Source of the DNA: an uncultured Candidatus Sumerlaeota bacterium
GTDB lineage: Bacteria > Sumerlaeota > Sumerlaeia > MWCT01 > JAUWMI01
Assembly (NCBI GenBank): GCA_964454265.1
Contig: CAYVXD010000002.1
Span: 888-64,887 of the forward strand
DNA length: 64,000 nt
Direction of reading: 5' to 3'
Below the pieces are notes generated by a model. It saw only the letters and a program-made list of their open reading frames with translations, was not told the DNA's origin and did not search any database. Below are positions 17,062 through 27,290 of this stretch, in pieces; the first letter of the stretch is position 1, and every line of letters starts with the position of its first letter. The position numbers and the translations under genes were made by a program.

Positions 17062-18183
17062 ATGAATTCCTTAAGAAGGTTTCTCAAACAATTGATGATT
17101 GCTGCTATGACGGTGGCAGCTTTAATTAGCGTTGCCTCCAGTGAGGAAATAAAAGATACGGTCTGCGAGGTTCACCTGCAAGATGGAAGAATTTATCGGT
17201 CGGCAAGGCTTGACGTTCAACAAGTGGCACTCTGCACCAAATACGGAATCCTCAAAATTCCAATCGATGATCTGATAAGCATCATCCGTTCCACTTCTTC
17301 CGGTGAGGACGAGGTTGCTACTGTCAAATTCGTGGTAACAGGTGAGCTGCTCGTTGATGAGTTTTCCGGACATACTCCAGCGGAGCAATTCTGTTTTCGC
17401 AAGGGAGAAATCAGTCAAATTCTCTTTGGGTTTCCGGCAAGTGCGGCAGTAGGGCCGGAAGGGCCAAGATTTCGTATCTTATGGTTCAGGGACCGCAGGC
17501 ACCATGCAGAGTCAATTCATCGAGTGGGAGACTATGGATATTCAGCAGCTGCTCGCATCGCTGAAGAAATTGGGGCGGCAAATATTGAGGTTCAGGACAA
17601 CTATACCCTAACCAGTGAGAGGCTCTCGCAATTTGATGCCATTATTTTTATGAACGTCGAGTCTTGCGAGACGTTGAGTGAAAGCGAGCGGAAGACACTT
17701 CGCGACTTCCTTGCTGCGGGAGGATCAATCCTGGTAATAGGTCAGCAAGACCGTGGTTCACCGCTCTCGCGCGAGGCACTCTTTGCGAATTCTGTCTCCT
17801 TGCCATACGGAATCGAATTTACAAAAGGAAAAGCGAAGTCTACAAAGAAACTCGCTTCTCATCCGATTACCAGTGGGCTCAAATCTGTTCCTGGAGGGGG
17901 CAGTGTTCTCAAAGTAAGATCTCCAGCGCAAGCGCTTGCTCCCGCCGATGGAAATAACGTGGTGCTGGCTATATCACAGCACGGGAAAGGCAGGATTGTT
18001 GCGGTAAGCGACGACTCTGCCTTCGCAGACCTGTCTCTTAGCATAGAATCCCCCATTGCGGCGTTTAACGAATCTTTCTTTTTAGAAGCGCGAGAGCCCA
18101 AAGTGAAGCAGAGCCGTTTGTTCTTTAGAAACGTATTATGCTGGCTATTGCATCTAGAAGCAGAGCAACTGCAACAGGACTAG
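17062..18183 (+). CDS. Secreted protein with a ThuA/class-I-glutamine-amidotransferase-like (DUF4159-like) domain
   Basis: 373 aa with a signal peptide. The central domain (FDAIIFMNVESCETLSESERKTLRDFLAAGGSILVIGQQD...KGRIVAVSDDSAF) resembles the ThuA-like fold. The assignment is tentative. Confidence 0.4.
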   Translation: MNSLRRFLKQLMIAAMTVAALISVASSEEIKDTVCEVHLQDGRIYRSARLDVQQVALCTKYGILKIPIDDLISIIRSTSSGEDEVATVKFVVTGELLVDEFSGHTPAEQFCFRKGEISQILFGFPASAAVGPEGPRFRILWFRDRRHHAESIHRVGDYGYSAAARIAEEIGAANIEVQDNYTLTSERLSQFDAIIFMNVESCETLSESERKTLRDFLAAGGSILVIGQQDRGSPLSREALFANSVSLPYGIEFTKGKAKSTKKLASHPITSGLKSVPGGGSVLKVRSPAQALAPADGNNVVLAISQHGKGRIVAVSDDSAFADLSLSIESPIAAFNESFFLEAREPKVKQSRLFFRNVLCWLLHLEAEQLQQD

Positions 18184-18343
18184 GAGAATCTGAACATTCA
18201 AGTAAAAACCATGAAAGGGAGTGAACGAATACGAAGGGGATTTATTTCCCACATTATTTTTTATTATCCGCATCTTGCAATTGAGTTTGGCCAAACTGAA
18301 AATAAATTTTAGCCAAATCTAAACGTATGCTTTAAGTTGGTAT

Positions 18344-19303
18344 TCAGCTTTCGAACAGGGCGTCAACGTACTCCTGCGGGTCGAAGTCTCGCAGATCCTC
18401 GAGTTTTTCGCCTACGCCGATCATGACGACCGGTATTTCGAAAAGGTCGCGAATCGCCACCAGGATACCCCCTTTGGCTGTTCCATCGAGTTTCGTCATG
18501 ACAATACCGGTGACAGGAATAGCCTGGCTGAATATTTTGGTCTGGTTGATGGCGTTTTGGCCTGTTGTTGCGTCGAGGATCAGGAGCGATTCGTGCGGGG
18601 CGTCGGGAACGAGTTTTTTTATCACGCGTACCATCTTTTTTAATTCTTCCATGAGATTGATCTTCGTGTGGAGGCGGCCTGCAGTGTCAATAATGACAAC
18701 GTCAGTGGCTCTGGCTTTAGCGGAGTTCAGCGCGTCGTAGCATACCGATGCCGGATCAGCACCCATGCTTTGCTTGACGAAGTCGCTGTGAGAGCGCTCG
18801 GCCCAGATTTCGAGCTGCTCGACTGCGGCTGCGCGGAAGGTGTCACCCGCCACAAGCATAACAGATTTGCCCGCATCATAGTAGCGCTTTGCGAGCTTAC
18901 CAATTGTGGTAGTCTTGCCAACCCCATTTACCCCGACAACAAAGATGACGGAGGGTTTCGCGGTTGGCGGTGCGAGCGGACGCTCACTCTTACTGACGAT
19001 GGAGAGCAGCGCCTGTTTGAAGACCGTGATGAGCATCTGTGGGTCTTTCACGCCGCGAACTGTGGTTTCCTCGCGGATAGTACTGATGATCTTGGCTGTG
19101 GTTGACACGCCGACATCGGCCTGGATAAGAATCTCCTCGATTTCTGACAGTAGATCCTCGTCAATCTTGCCGCGAAGCGCAACCAGCGTTTTCACCCGGT
19201 CAATCACACTGTGCTTGGTTTTTGCAAGGCGCTCTTTCAGGCGTGCGAAGAGCCCCTTTTTCTCCGGCGGCTGATTTGTATTGCGTTTTGACATTTTTGG
19301 CAA
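18344..19303 (-). CDS. ftsY: Signal recognition particle receptor FtsY
   Basis: GVNGVGKTTTIGKLA (G1), DTAGR (G3) and TKLDGTAKGG (G4), plus the N-terminal acidic/helical region. Confidence 0.9.
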   Translation of the reverse strand: MPKMSKRNTNQPPEKKGLFARLKERLAKTKHSVIDRVKTLVALRGKIDEDLLSEIEEILIQADVGVSTTAKIISTIREETTVRGVKDPQMLITVFKQALLSIVSKSERPLAPPTAKPSVIFVVGVNGVGKTTTIGKLAKRYYDAGKSVMLVAGDTFRAAAVEQLEIWAERSHSDFVKQSMGADPASVCYDALNSAKARATDVVIIDTAGRLHTKINLMEELKKMVRVIKKLVPDAPHESLLILDATTGQNAINQTKIFSQAIPVTGIVMTKLDGTAKGGILVAIRDLFEIPVVMIGVGEKLEDLRDFDPQEYVDALFES

Positions 19304-19490
19304 GTGCGATTCGTGAATTTCACGGGCTAAAGGAAACAGACACGCTCTTACGCAGATTGTGGCTGATGTTCAAGCGAAAATTTACCTGTTATACCGGTTG
19401 AGACTCGACTTAGTACAGCGCAGGGGGTGCAGAGTTGCCAGAGGCTAATTCGCGACGAGGTGGCATGCGCTGCGAGAACCACAGGCCATC

Positions 19491-21212
19491 CTACTCTTTT
19501 TTGAAAATCTGAAAGGCAATATGTGTACGTGGCTTCGATGTGTACGATGGAAAGAAGACTTCATATACGGGTGTCTTGCTTTTGAGCTCTTGAGGGTATA
19601 AAACGACCAGCGAGTTGGATGAGATTTGCGGCCAAAAGCGTTCCATGTCGAGGCCAGGGGGCATGAAGACATACGGGAGTGAACGAAAGCCATCGGCTTT
19701 TACATGAGCCGGTTGTATCTTTTCGTAAAAGAGCACAAGGTACGGGGCAAAGGTGATATAGCCGGAGAGGTAAATCTGCACAGGAGGAGGGGAATGGTGC
19801 CGTGTATATTCGAGGGCCTCCTTTACTCCATACTGCCAATCTGGTGCCGAGTAGATGGGATAGAGGACAAAGAGGTTGAAGACGAACAGAAGCACCGCAA
19901 TACAGGCGACAATTACGAGACAAAGGAGGACTGTGCGCGCCACACGGTTGACATGAGGAACCGCTGGACGATTCGCCTGGTCAGGGGGACTAAGCCACTT
20001 GAGGACAGTATGAATGCCCATCGCTGTGATTAACTGGAGCATGGGAAGCGCGACGATTGAGCGCAGCGCATGAGGTACTCCCTCGTGCGTCAGGCTTGCT
20101 CCGACAGGGAACAGGAGAAACCAGCCGAGCAAGAGGAGGTCTGCCTGCGTGCGGCGCTTGGCGAGCCGAATCAGGCCAATTATCAGAAATGGCGCTTCAA
20201 AGAGGTAGAGTACGCCAAAGCTGGTAAGCAGAAGACCGACGGATTTGGGATTCAGATGAAATGGTACGCCCAGTACGTGCATGGCCGCTAAACTCTGGAC
20301 ACTGTGGCGTGTCAGCTCATCGCCTTTGAAAAACAGAAAGAGGGGTGAGTAGTGTTCGATATAATTACGGAGAAACAGGAGCAGGGTTTTATACCATGGG
20401 AGATTGAGAGTAAGAATCGAAATTCGCTCAAACCGCGAACCTCCCTGTGCACTGAGTGTGAACAGGAGGATCGGAACAGCCAGGATCAAGAACAGGCCTA
20501 GGCTGCCCAGGGCCCATGGCCGCGCCTCGCCGAGCCTTCGCCGGTATACAAGACAGAGCAGGAGCAGAAAGATCGGGATAAACAGGCGAGCCACCGCATA
20601 GGCGTAAAAGGAAATGCCAAATACTAAAGCGGCGAGTAACCAATAGCGGGGTTTCTGCTCAATGCCCTTGAGAAAACAGAGCAGGGCTATTGTGAGAAAC
20701 AGCGGCACTAGGATTCCCTGCAGGGCCCAGCGGCTGAAGAGCACGTGCCAGGGTGAAATCGCAAGGAGCAGACTGGCAATGAGAGCCAGGCGTGTGTTGT
20801 TCCAGAGCCGCTTTGCGAGGAAGAAGGTGAGGAGCACGGTCAGGATACCGGCAAGGGCAGCTGGCGCCCGGGTGGCGAATACGGTCAGGCCAAAGAGTGC
20901 CACGAAGGAGACGTCAAGATATTGGTAAATGGCGGATGTATACACGCCAAACACATTGCAAAAAAGCGGGAGAGGTTGAAAGCAGACACGCGATCCTGTG
21001 GGGAATGTTTCAAAGTAGATATAGCCGCCGGTTTTCAGGAGCGAGTAGGCAGTGTAGCCCTTTTCAGCTTCATCGCGAAAGAGAGCTGGCGGATTGGAAC
21101 CGAGGGAATAAAGACGTAGAATAGCTGCGAGCGCAATAATGAGAACAAGCAAATAAACTGGTGATCTGTGGTTCATTTCTTGCTCCAGGTGATCTTTTCC
21201 GCTTAAATGCAA
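19491..21212 (-). CDS. GT-C family membrane glycosyltransferase (ArnT/PMT-like, GT39/GT83-type)
   Basis: 573 aa with >=10 predicted TM helices. The N-terminal FRDEAEKGYTAYSLL loop is typical of ArnT/PMT-family aspartate/glutamate loops. Confidence 0.65.
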   Translation of the reverse strand: MHLSGKDHLEQEMNHRSPVYLLVLIIALAAILRLYSLGSNPPALFRDEAEKGYTAYSLLKTGGYIYFETFPTGSRVCFQPLPLFCNVFGVYTSAIYQYLDVSFVALFGLTVFATRAPAALAGILTVLLTFFLAKRLWNNTRLALIASLLLAISPWHVLFSRWALQGILVPLFLTIALLCFLKGIEQKPRYWLLAALVFGISFYAYAVARLFIPIFLLLLCLVYRRRLGEARPWALGSLGLFLILAVPILLFTLSAQGGSRFERISILTLNLPWYKTLLLFLRNYIEHYSPLFLFFKGDELTRHSVQSLAAMHVLGVPFHLNPKSVGLLLTSFGVLYLFEAPFLIIGLIRLAKRRTQADLLLLGWFLLFPVGASLTHEGVPHALRSIVALPMLQLITAMGIHTVLKWLSPPDQANRPAVPHVNRVARTVLLCLVIVACIAVLLFVFNLFVLYPIYSAPDWQYGVKEALEYTRHHSPPPVQIYLSGYITFAPYLVLFYEKIQPAHVKADGFRSLPYVFMPPGLDMERFWPQISSNSLVVLYPQELKSKTPVYEVFFPSYTSKPRTHIAFQIFKKE

Positions 21213-21371
21213 TAGATTTTTCCCTAGGGACTATTCCCTGGTAATGCACCAAGCTCTTTCAAGTATGGTTCGGGTGAACATATAATTGGAGCGTGGCACG
21301 GCCATCCTGGCCGTGAGTTATCGAATTCATTCGGCCAGCATGATGTCTCATACATACATAAGCAAACGGGG

Positions 21372-22493
21372 CTATTTTGTCAACGGGCGAAAAAGCGGGA
21401 GTGCTGGATTGCTAAACGGGCCGGACCTCAGAAACGGAAGGTCGTCTGCAATAGCGCCTGAGTACCAGATGGCGATACCCTGACATTGGTATCTGCGTGC
21501 GATGGTGATCTGGTGCACCAGAGACTCAGGTTTTACGTCGTCTGCATTAAGCCCGCAAATGATTTTTGCCTGTGGGCCCACTGCCTGCCGAATAATCTTT
21601 AAATTCGCATCCAGCTGACCGGCTTGATAGAGCATTGGAGCCGCTGCGTCAATGTGGCCGTTACGAAGCCAGCTATACCACCCCTGGCCTTTAGAATCTA
21701 TCTCTCCGGGAGGAACTACTGCGGAGGTAATCGTGATCCCGGGACGCGCGGAGCGCAGCTGTTTTGCAAGTCCGGCGATAAATCGCTCGGTCTGACGCTT
21801 TCGCCAGTAGTCCCATATTTTGCGCGCACTGGATTCCGGCGGAAAGGCTCGTAATTCAAGCCCCGTATCTTTTCGAAATTGCTCCTTGCAGTATGAGCAA
21901 AAGCAGAACTCCTCAGTAGGGTATCGAATGCGGTCGAGATTTATGCCGTCAAATGAGTTGAGCTGGATTGCTTCCAGAAAGATATTAGTCAGAAGCACGT
22001 GGGATTTGGGATTGGAAGGGCAGAGCGAATAGAAGTCCCCCCACTGGTCTCGATGAAGATATAGATCTCCTGCCTGGTTGATTGCGGTCAGTTGGGGGAA
22101 TTTGTCCAGCAGAACGCCACGGCTTGTTGTTTTTCGGGCATCAGGAGTGTGAAAGGCATAGAAGCCGTATTCCATCCACGCCTCAGCGCACATGCCCCGT
22201 TTGTGAGTCTCTCCAATCAGCCATGACAGGATATTTTTCTCCTTCATCTCCGGATATTGAGGAAGGTGCTGGCTATTGGGATAGGCAACGTATCCGCGGA
22301 AATACGTTGCCACGTAAATGGTGTTAAAGTTGGCGTCATGCAGACCGTTGAGGAGTTGAGTGAGATGGGCCTGTCCTTTGAACAGATCGGACTTATCAAC
22401 CCAGACTGCACGGGTTTCAGTGGTGGCGGTTTGCGCCACGGCAAGCAACGGAATTCCAAAGAGAATGATGAAAGCGAAAACAAGTCGTTTCAT
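21372..22493 (-). CDS. Glycoside hydrolase-like family 10 (GHL10/DUF187, YngK-like) lipoprotein/secreted protein
   Basis: MKRLVFAFIILFGIPLLAVAQ signal; TRAVWVDKS...NFNTIYVATYFRGYVAYPNS matches the GHL10 N-terminal region. The start is taken at the internal ATG (22493) rather than the ORF-track start 22556. Confidence 0.55.
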   Translation of the reverse strand: MKRLVFAFIILFGIPLLAVAQTATTETRAVWVDKSDLFKGQAHLTQLLNGLHDANFNTIYVATYFRGYVAYPNSQHLPQYPEMKEKNILSWLIGETHKRGMCAEAWMEYGFYAFHTPDARKTTSRGVLLDKFPQLTAINQAGDLYLHRDQWGDFYSLCPSNPKSHVLLTNIFLEAIQLNSFDGINLDRIRYPTEEFCFCSYCKEQFRKDTGLELRAFPPESSARKIWDYWRKRQTERFIAGLAKQLRSARPGITITSAVVPPGEIDSKGQGWYSWLRNGHIDAAAPMLYQAGQLDANLKIIRQAVGPQAKIICGLNADDVKPESLVHQITIARRYQCQGIAIWYSGAIADDLPFLRSGPFSNPALPLFRPLTK

Positions 22494-22552
22494 GGCGTTA
22501 TTGCTTTCCGTTCTGGTTGATAGTAGGGGTGTTCGGCAGAACGCCCTTACTT

Positions 22553-23446
22553 TCAATCACCTTGCATACGGTCGTTTTCTAAACAGACAGCGTAGAGTTC
22601 ACACCGCTGGCAGACGGTTGAGTTCTTCTTTGCGGGACAAAGTTTTAGAATGCCCAGGCGGCATAGAGCGAAGTCGTACTTTACCGGATCCATGGGATCG
22701 AACCGTGTCAGTGCCCGAGTGACCTCGATGGCCGTTTTCATGGTTGCGTTTGTTCGCGTAGTCAGGCCAAGTCGCCTGGAGATGCGCGAAAGATGGATGT
22801 CGAGCGGTATAATGAGGCGGTCCGGCGGAATTTCCGGCCACAGGCCCAGGTCAATGTGATCCTGTGCCCGCACCACCCAGCGCAGGAACAACAATGGCCG
22901 TTTACAGGCGCTGCCGCCTGCTGGTGAAGGGAATAAGAAGCGGACAGGGGCCCGTCTGGGAATCTCTCGCTGGTGTGGAAAGTAGGGTGAAGCGTCGAGG
23001 TGCCAAAGGTTGGCAGCAAACCGCTCAAGGCTGGGCAGAATGTTTGGCTCCTGCGGCTGATAACATGAGAGAAAGAACTGTTTGATGGAGCCTGACTGGC
23101 GGAGAACTTGATGCAGTAGAAAGATAAGGCAGGCAATATCGCGGCCAGTGTTAAAACGATGCTTGAAGCCCTCGAACAATCGGTTGTGGCGCGCCGGAGA
23201 GAAATTGTAGACAAAGTCGTAGGGATGGCCATTCATGATTCCGAGAATGTGCAGGAGACTCTTGCGAATGACCTGCACGCTCCCATATGCCAGGCATGTT
23301 GATAGAAATGCTACAATCTCCTGATCTGCTTTCGCTCTATACTGATGGGGGAATTCAAGAGGATCAGAGTAAAGATATTCCGGGCGATGGTAGTTGCGAT
23401 ACAGGCGGTCGAGGAAATTTTGTAGTGATGCGGGTGATGTGCTCAA
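22553..23446 (-). CDS. TIGR02757/DUF2400-family protein
   Basis: LYSDPLEFPHQY...DQEIVAFLSTCLAYGSVQVIRKS and a C-terminal cysteine pair (CQRCELYAVC). It overlaps waaA by 4 nt. Confidence 0.5.
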   Translation of the reverse strand: MSTSPASLQNFLDRLYRNYHRPEYLYSDPLEFPHQYRAKADQEIVAFLSTCLAYGSVQVIRKSLLHILGIMNGHPYDFVYNFSPARHNRLFEGFKHRFNTGRDIACLIFLLHQVLRQSGSIKQFFLSCYQPQEPNILPSLERFAANLWHLDASPYFPHQREIPRRAPVRFLFPSPAGGSACKRPLLFLRWVVRAQDHIDLGLWPEIPPDRLIIPLDIHLSRISRRLGLTTRTNATMKTAIEVTRALTRFDPMDPVKYDFALCRLGILKLCPAKKNSTVCQRCELYAVCLENDRMQGD

Positions 23447-24750
23447 CAGGCAGCTCCGGTCATTGTGGGTGCACGATCAAGAATATTTTTGATAATCTCA
23501 GCGCTTCGCCTGGCACTTCCTTTGTTTCGTTCAACTGCTTGCACTGCTTGCTGGCCAATCTCGTGTCGGCGGGTTTCGTTTTCCAGTAGCTCGGTGATAG
23601 TGGGAACAAGGGCGTTTGCGGTGATTTGCAGGCCTCCTCCAGTTTGGTTCATAATCTCCGTGATTTCTGGCTGATTGTGCATATGGGGGCCATAGAGGAC
23701 AGGGATGCGATGAATTGCGGCCTCTAGCAAGTTGTGTCCGCCAATGGGAACGAAGCTGCCGCCAACGATGGCCAGCGATCCAACCCCGTATACATTGGCG
23801 AGCTCGCCCATTACATCCAGCAGCAGCACGTCAGGATTTGTGGCTGCAGGTTTGCTAGCTCGCGAAACACTCAGTCCCTTTGCCGTAGCCAGGCGGTAGG
23901 CTTCATCGAAGCGCTCAGGGTGACGAGGAGCCAGAACGAGGTGGAGAGATGGAAACCGGGATTTCAGCGTGCAAAACGCACTGAGGATAAGCTCCTCCTC
24001 GCCCGGATGAGTGCTGCCAGCGACTATAATGGGATCTGTTGGTGCGATTGTCCACTGGTGCAGGATGGTCTGTCTGGCCTCGGGGCTTAAGGGAGCACCG
24101 GGCGAGTCGAATTTGCAATTTCCGGTAACGAATACTCTGTCCCGGCTGCCGCAGAGTGTTGCCATGCGTTCGGCATCCGCAGTGGTCTGCATAAGAAAGG
24201 CCTGTACACCGTCAAGCGGCCGCTTGAACAGGAATTTGAATCGCTTGTAAAGACGAAAAGACCTAGGTGAAAGCTTTCCGTTTGCCAGGAAGATTCTAAC
24301 TCCGCGGTCGCGTGCCAGCATGAGAAAGTTGGGCCAAAGCTCAGTCTCCATCATGATGAATAGGGTTGGGCGGAAGTGATCGAGAAACTTGCGTACGATC
24401 CAGGAGGCATCCAGGGGGTAGTAAGTTATCGTGTCGGCCATGGTGAGGGATTTCTGCGCCTTTTGCTGGCCTGTTTCAGTGATAGTAGATGCGATGACTC
24501 GGGCGTCCGGGAACGTGCGCTTGAGTTCGGGGATCAGCGCTGCTGCGGCCACCACTTCGCCGACCGAGACCGCGTGGACCCAAATACGCTCACCTCCATT
24601 ATAGCGTGGCGATGGCGTCAGATCAAGCTGTTTGCCAAGCATTCCCTTCAGGCTGTTTCGATATTTCTTTTTCATCATGATTTTGTATGCAACAGAAGGG
24701 AGCACAAAGGGCGAAGCCAGCAGGTAGAGGATGTTCACGAATTGGATCAT
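23443..24750 (-). CDS. waaA: 3-deoxy-D-manno-octulosonic acid (Kdo) transferase
   Basis: RIWVHAVSVGEVVAAAALIPELK...ASTITETG (WaaA/KdtA N-terminal signature), with a GT-B C-terminal half. Confidence 0.85.
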   Translation of the reverse strand: MIQFVNILYLLASPFVLPSVAYKIMMKKKYRNSLKGMLGKQLDLTPSPRYNGGERIWVHAVSVGEVVAAAALIPELKRTFPDARVIASTITETGQQKAQKSLTMADTITYYPLDASWIVRKFLDHFRPTLFIMMETELWPNFLMLARDRGVRIFLANGKLSPRSFRLYKRFKFLFKRPLDGVQAFLMQTTADAERMATLCGSRDRVFVTGNCKFDSPGAPLSPEARQTILHQWTIAPTDPIIVAGSTHPGEEELILSAFCTLKSRFPSLHLVLAPRHPERFDEAYRLATAKGLSVSRASKPAATNPDVLLLDVMGELANVYGVGSLAIVGGSFVPIGGHNLLEAAIHRIPVLYGPHMHNQPEITEIMNQTGGGLQITANALVPTITELLENETRRHEIGQQAVQAVERNKGSARRSAEIIKNILDRAPTMTGAAC

Positions 24751-24820
24751 AATCTAGTAGCACAGGCATTTCTGCCTGCCTTTTCCATTGATGGGTGTGT
24801 GACCACAGCATTCCGGCCGT

Positions 24821-25261
24821 TCAGTGCGGTATGGAGTCTTTCTGGACGAGTTTGAGCCTGCTGTTCCGGGCAACCTTATCAAGGATACCGTTAATGAAAG
24901 AGGGTGAGTCAATGTCTCCATAAATTTTGGCAATCTCAATATATTCATTAATGGTGACTTTAGGCGGAATGTCGCCAAAGTGAAGCAACTCGCTGGTGGC
25001 GAGGCGAAGGATATTCTTGTCAATTAAAGAGAGACGATCAAGGCGCCAGTTGGTGATTACCTTTTGAAGCAATAGATCAATATATGCAAGGTTGAGGAGA
25101 GTTTTTTCGAGCAGTTGAATGGTAAAGTCGCCAGGCTGGGGCTTTTTCTTCAGCTCAAGACAGGCGAAGTTCTCCAGCGTCTCCTGAAGCGAAAGGGCGG
25201 TTATGTCAATTGCGTAGAGGAGCTGAAGTCCTAATTCTCTGGCCACACGGCGTTGTCCCAT
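24821..25261 (-). CDS. nusB: Transcription antitermination factor NusB
   Basis: MGQRRVARELGLQLLYAIDI... and DRLSLIDKNILRLATSELL match the NusB fold signature. Confidence 0.85.
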   Translation of the reverse strand: MGQRRVARELGLQLLYAIDITALSLQETLENFACLELKKKPQPGDFTIQLLEKTLLNLAYIDLLLQKVITNWRLDRLSLIDKNILRLATSELLHFGDIPPKVTINEYIEIAKIYGDIDSPSFINGILDKVARNSRLKLVQKDSIPH

Positions 25262-25329
25262 TGTTACCCGACCTGGTGGAACAGTAATAGATGATCAGCG
25301 GGCTGCCGGTTTGCGGCAGCCCTGGCTTA

Positions 25330-26490
25330 TTACATTGCGTATTGGTAAAGCGTAAAGCTCATGTCCTTCTGGGCGAAATAGAGACTTAACCCATTAAAGA
25401 CTGATCGTGCGAGATCAACCTGAAACTTGCGATCCAGCAGATGCTTGACCTCGTTTTGGTTGTTAATGAAGCCACATTCAATGAGCAAAGCAGGCATGTA
25501 GTAGTTGACCAGTACGCGGAATCGTGCGCTCTTAATCCCTCGATTGTATTTGCGAAAGTAGGCAATGTCCTTCAATGCTGTGCTGACATTATTGCAGACC
25601 TCTATGCTTTTGTTTTTCTCAACTTCGAGCTTATCCTTCAACAGATTTTTAAAGAGCGTTGTGTTTTGTTTGGAGCCGTTGATGTTCAGCTGGCCCTCGT
25701 TTTCGAGTTCTTCCAGATATTTTACCGCAGCATTATCCGATCCTTTTTCGTTCCAGTAGAAGAGTTCAATTCCCTGGGCCCGTGTGGCTTCGTAGCCTCG
25801 CGTGGCATTACAGTGGATGCTGATAAAGACGTCGCCTCTATGGCGTTCTGCAAATGCGATGCGCTCCGTCAGTGTCATGTCCTTATCGCGTGTGCGCGTG
25901 AGAATGGCAGTCATGTTTGGCGACGAATCAATCACCTCTTTCAGAACCTTTGCAATCACAAGGTTCACGTCCTTTTCCCAGATATAGCGTCCGTTAACTT
26001 TCCGGCTTGAACGTGCGCCTTTGGAGTCTCCTCCATGACCGGGATCAATGATGACTACCTTTTTAGGGGTAAGCCGGGCGGATCCGTTCTGCCCGGCAAT
26101 ATCTACTGTGAGGGCCGGCGGAGTGTCTGTTGAGCGGACCACGTACTGAGCTGGAGAACACAGATAGAATATCAGGCGAACAATGTGAGACTGCGGATAG
26201 CTAACCACTCTGACGCTTTTGACCCGTGCATCGTGCAGCTCAAAGGTCTGCTCCCGGCAGTAGTTATCCATATTGAGAAGATCAATGTAGAAATACCCAC
26301 TGTCGCGCAGTGCATCTTTTATCTCGTACTGGCTGGGCTTGTTGAGGGAGATGCAAAAGCGGATGCGGTCGGGCAGGCTTTCATAGGTGATGTCATCCAG
26401 CTGGCTCCCAAGTGTTTGAGCCGTGAGGGAGAGCAAGAGAGCGGACAGGAATAGGATTCCAGATTGTCTGCGGGCTGTGGCTTTCATCAT
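25330..26490 (-). CDS. N-acetylmuramoyl-L-alanine amidase (Amidase_3, AmiC-like with N-terminal AMIN domain)
   Basis: VVIIDPGHGGDSKGA, DVFISIHCNA and LLIECGFINN are Amidase_3 catalytic motifs. A signal peptide is present. Confidence 0.85.
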   Translation of the reverse strand: MMKATARRQSGILFLSALLLSLTAQTLGSQLDDITYESLPDRIRFCISLNKPSQYEIKDALRDSGYFYIDLLNMDNYCREQTFELHDARVKSVRVVSYPQSHIVRLIFYLCSPAQYVVRSTDTPPALTVDIAGQNGSARLTPKKVVIIDPGHGGDSKGARSSRKVNGRYIWEKDVNLVIAKVLKEVIDSSPNMTAILTRTRDKDMTLTERIAFAERHRGDVFISIHCNATRGYEATRAQGIELFYWNEKGSDNAAVKYLEELENEGQLNINGSKQNTTLFKNLLKDKLEVEKNKSIEVCNNVSTALKDIAYFRKYNRGIKSARFRVLVNYYMPALLIECGFINNQNEVKHLLDRKFQVDLARSVFNGLSLYFAQKDMSFTLYQYAM

Positions 26491-26570
26491 ACGTTAGCCA
26501 GTGCTGGAACGGGGGCGTCATTTCTTACAGGATATAGAACTCGAGTGACGTGCCATTGCCCCAGTTATTG

Positions 26571-27056
26571 CTACTTTGCCTCTTTTTCCAATGTTGCCAG
26601 GTGGTCTTTAACGGCCTTAATTTCCTCGCTTTGTACAGGGTCCAATAGTTTCAAGTATTCTTCCCACAATTGACCTGCTTTTTGCTTGTTGTTAAGTCGT
26701 TCATAACAGAGTGCCAGGTTGAAAATTGCCCCGGGCATCTCGGGTTTGACCTTAAGTGCTTTTCTAAACCAGTCTTTTGCTTGCTGGTAGTCTTCTTGAG
26801 CGGCGGCTACCGTGCCAAGGTTATAGAAGTCAATTTCGTCTACCGGAACAAATCCTATCTCGTGAAGCCAGTGAATCTTATCCATTGGGTCCAGAGACTG
26901 AAACAGGGTGAATCCGTATCGTTTATAGGCTTGGTCAAGGTCACGCTTCAGTGCTGTGCGATAGCGCTGAAGTTCGAACTTGTATAAATCCTGCCTCTCA
27001 GTTGCCTGAGCATTGCGACCTGGCTTCGGCCGGTCCTTGCTGCTTGTTTTACCCAT
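26571..27056 (-). CDS. TPR-repeat protein
   Basis: 161 aa. YNLGTVAAAQEDYQQAKDWFRKALKVKPEMPGAIFNLALCYERLNNKQKA are TPR helices. Confidence 0.6.
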   Translation of the reverse strand: MGKTSSKDRPKPGRNAQATERQDLYKFELQRYRTALKRDLDQAYKRYGFTLFQSLDPMDKIHWLHEIGFVPVDEIDFYNLGTVAAAQEDYQQAKDWFRKALKVKPEMPGAIFNLALCYERLNNKQKAGQLWEEYLKLLDPVQSEEIKAVKDHLATLEKEAK

Positions 27057-27290
27057 CCAAAGTCTCCTTTATTAGTGTCTAAAAGAAATTCGAGATACTG
27101 ATACAGCGTTTCACAAAATCTGTCCATCTTTTTTTCGTAGCGGCGGGCTCCGGCTCAAGGGAAGGCGTAATTCGAAAAGAGAATCTCCGGGGCGGTGCGG
27201 CAAAAGAGTGCTAAGGCAAAGTCAACGACCGCCCGAGGGCGTCAGAAGCCCCGGGGGTGCACAAAGCAATAGTTAAGTGCAGAGTGAGCT

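Noticed and set aside
27057-27290. RNase P RNA or SRP RNA in the GC-rich structured intergenic segment
   Set aside because: The segment (~230 nt) is too short for bacterial RNase P RNA. It lacks the SRP domain IV consensus. Similarity to the GGUGCGG.AAGAGCGC and GUCCGGGCUCC motifs is partial only.
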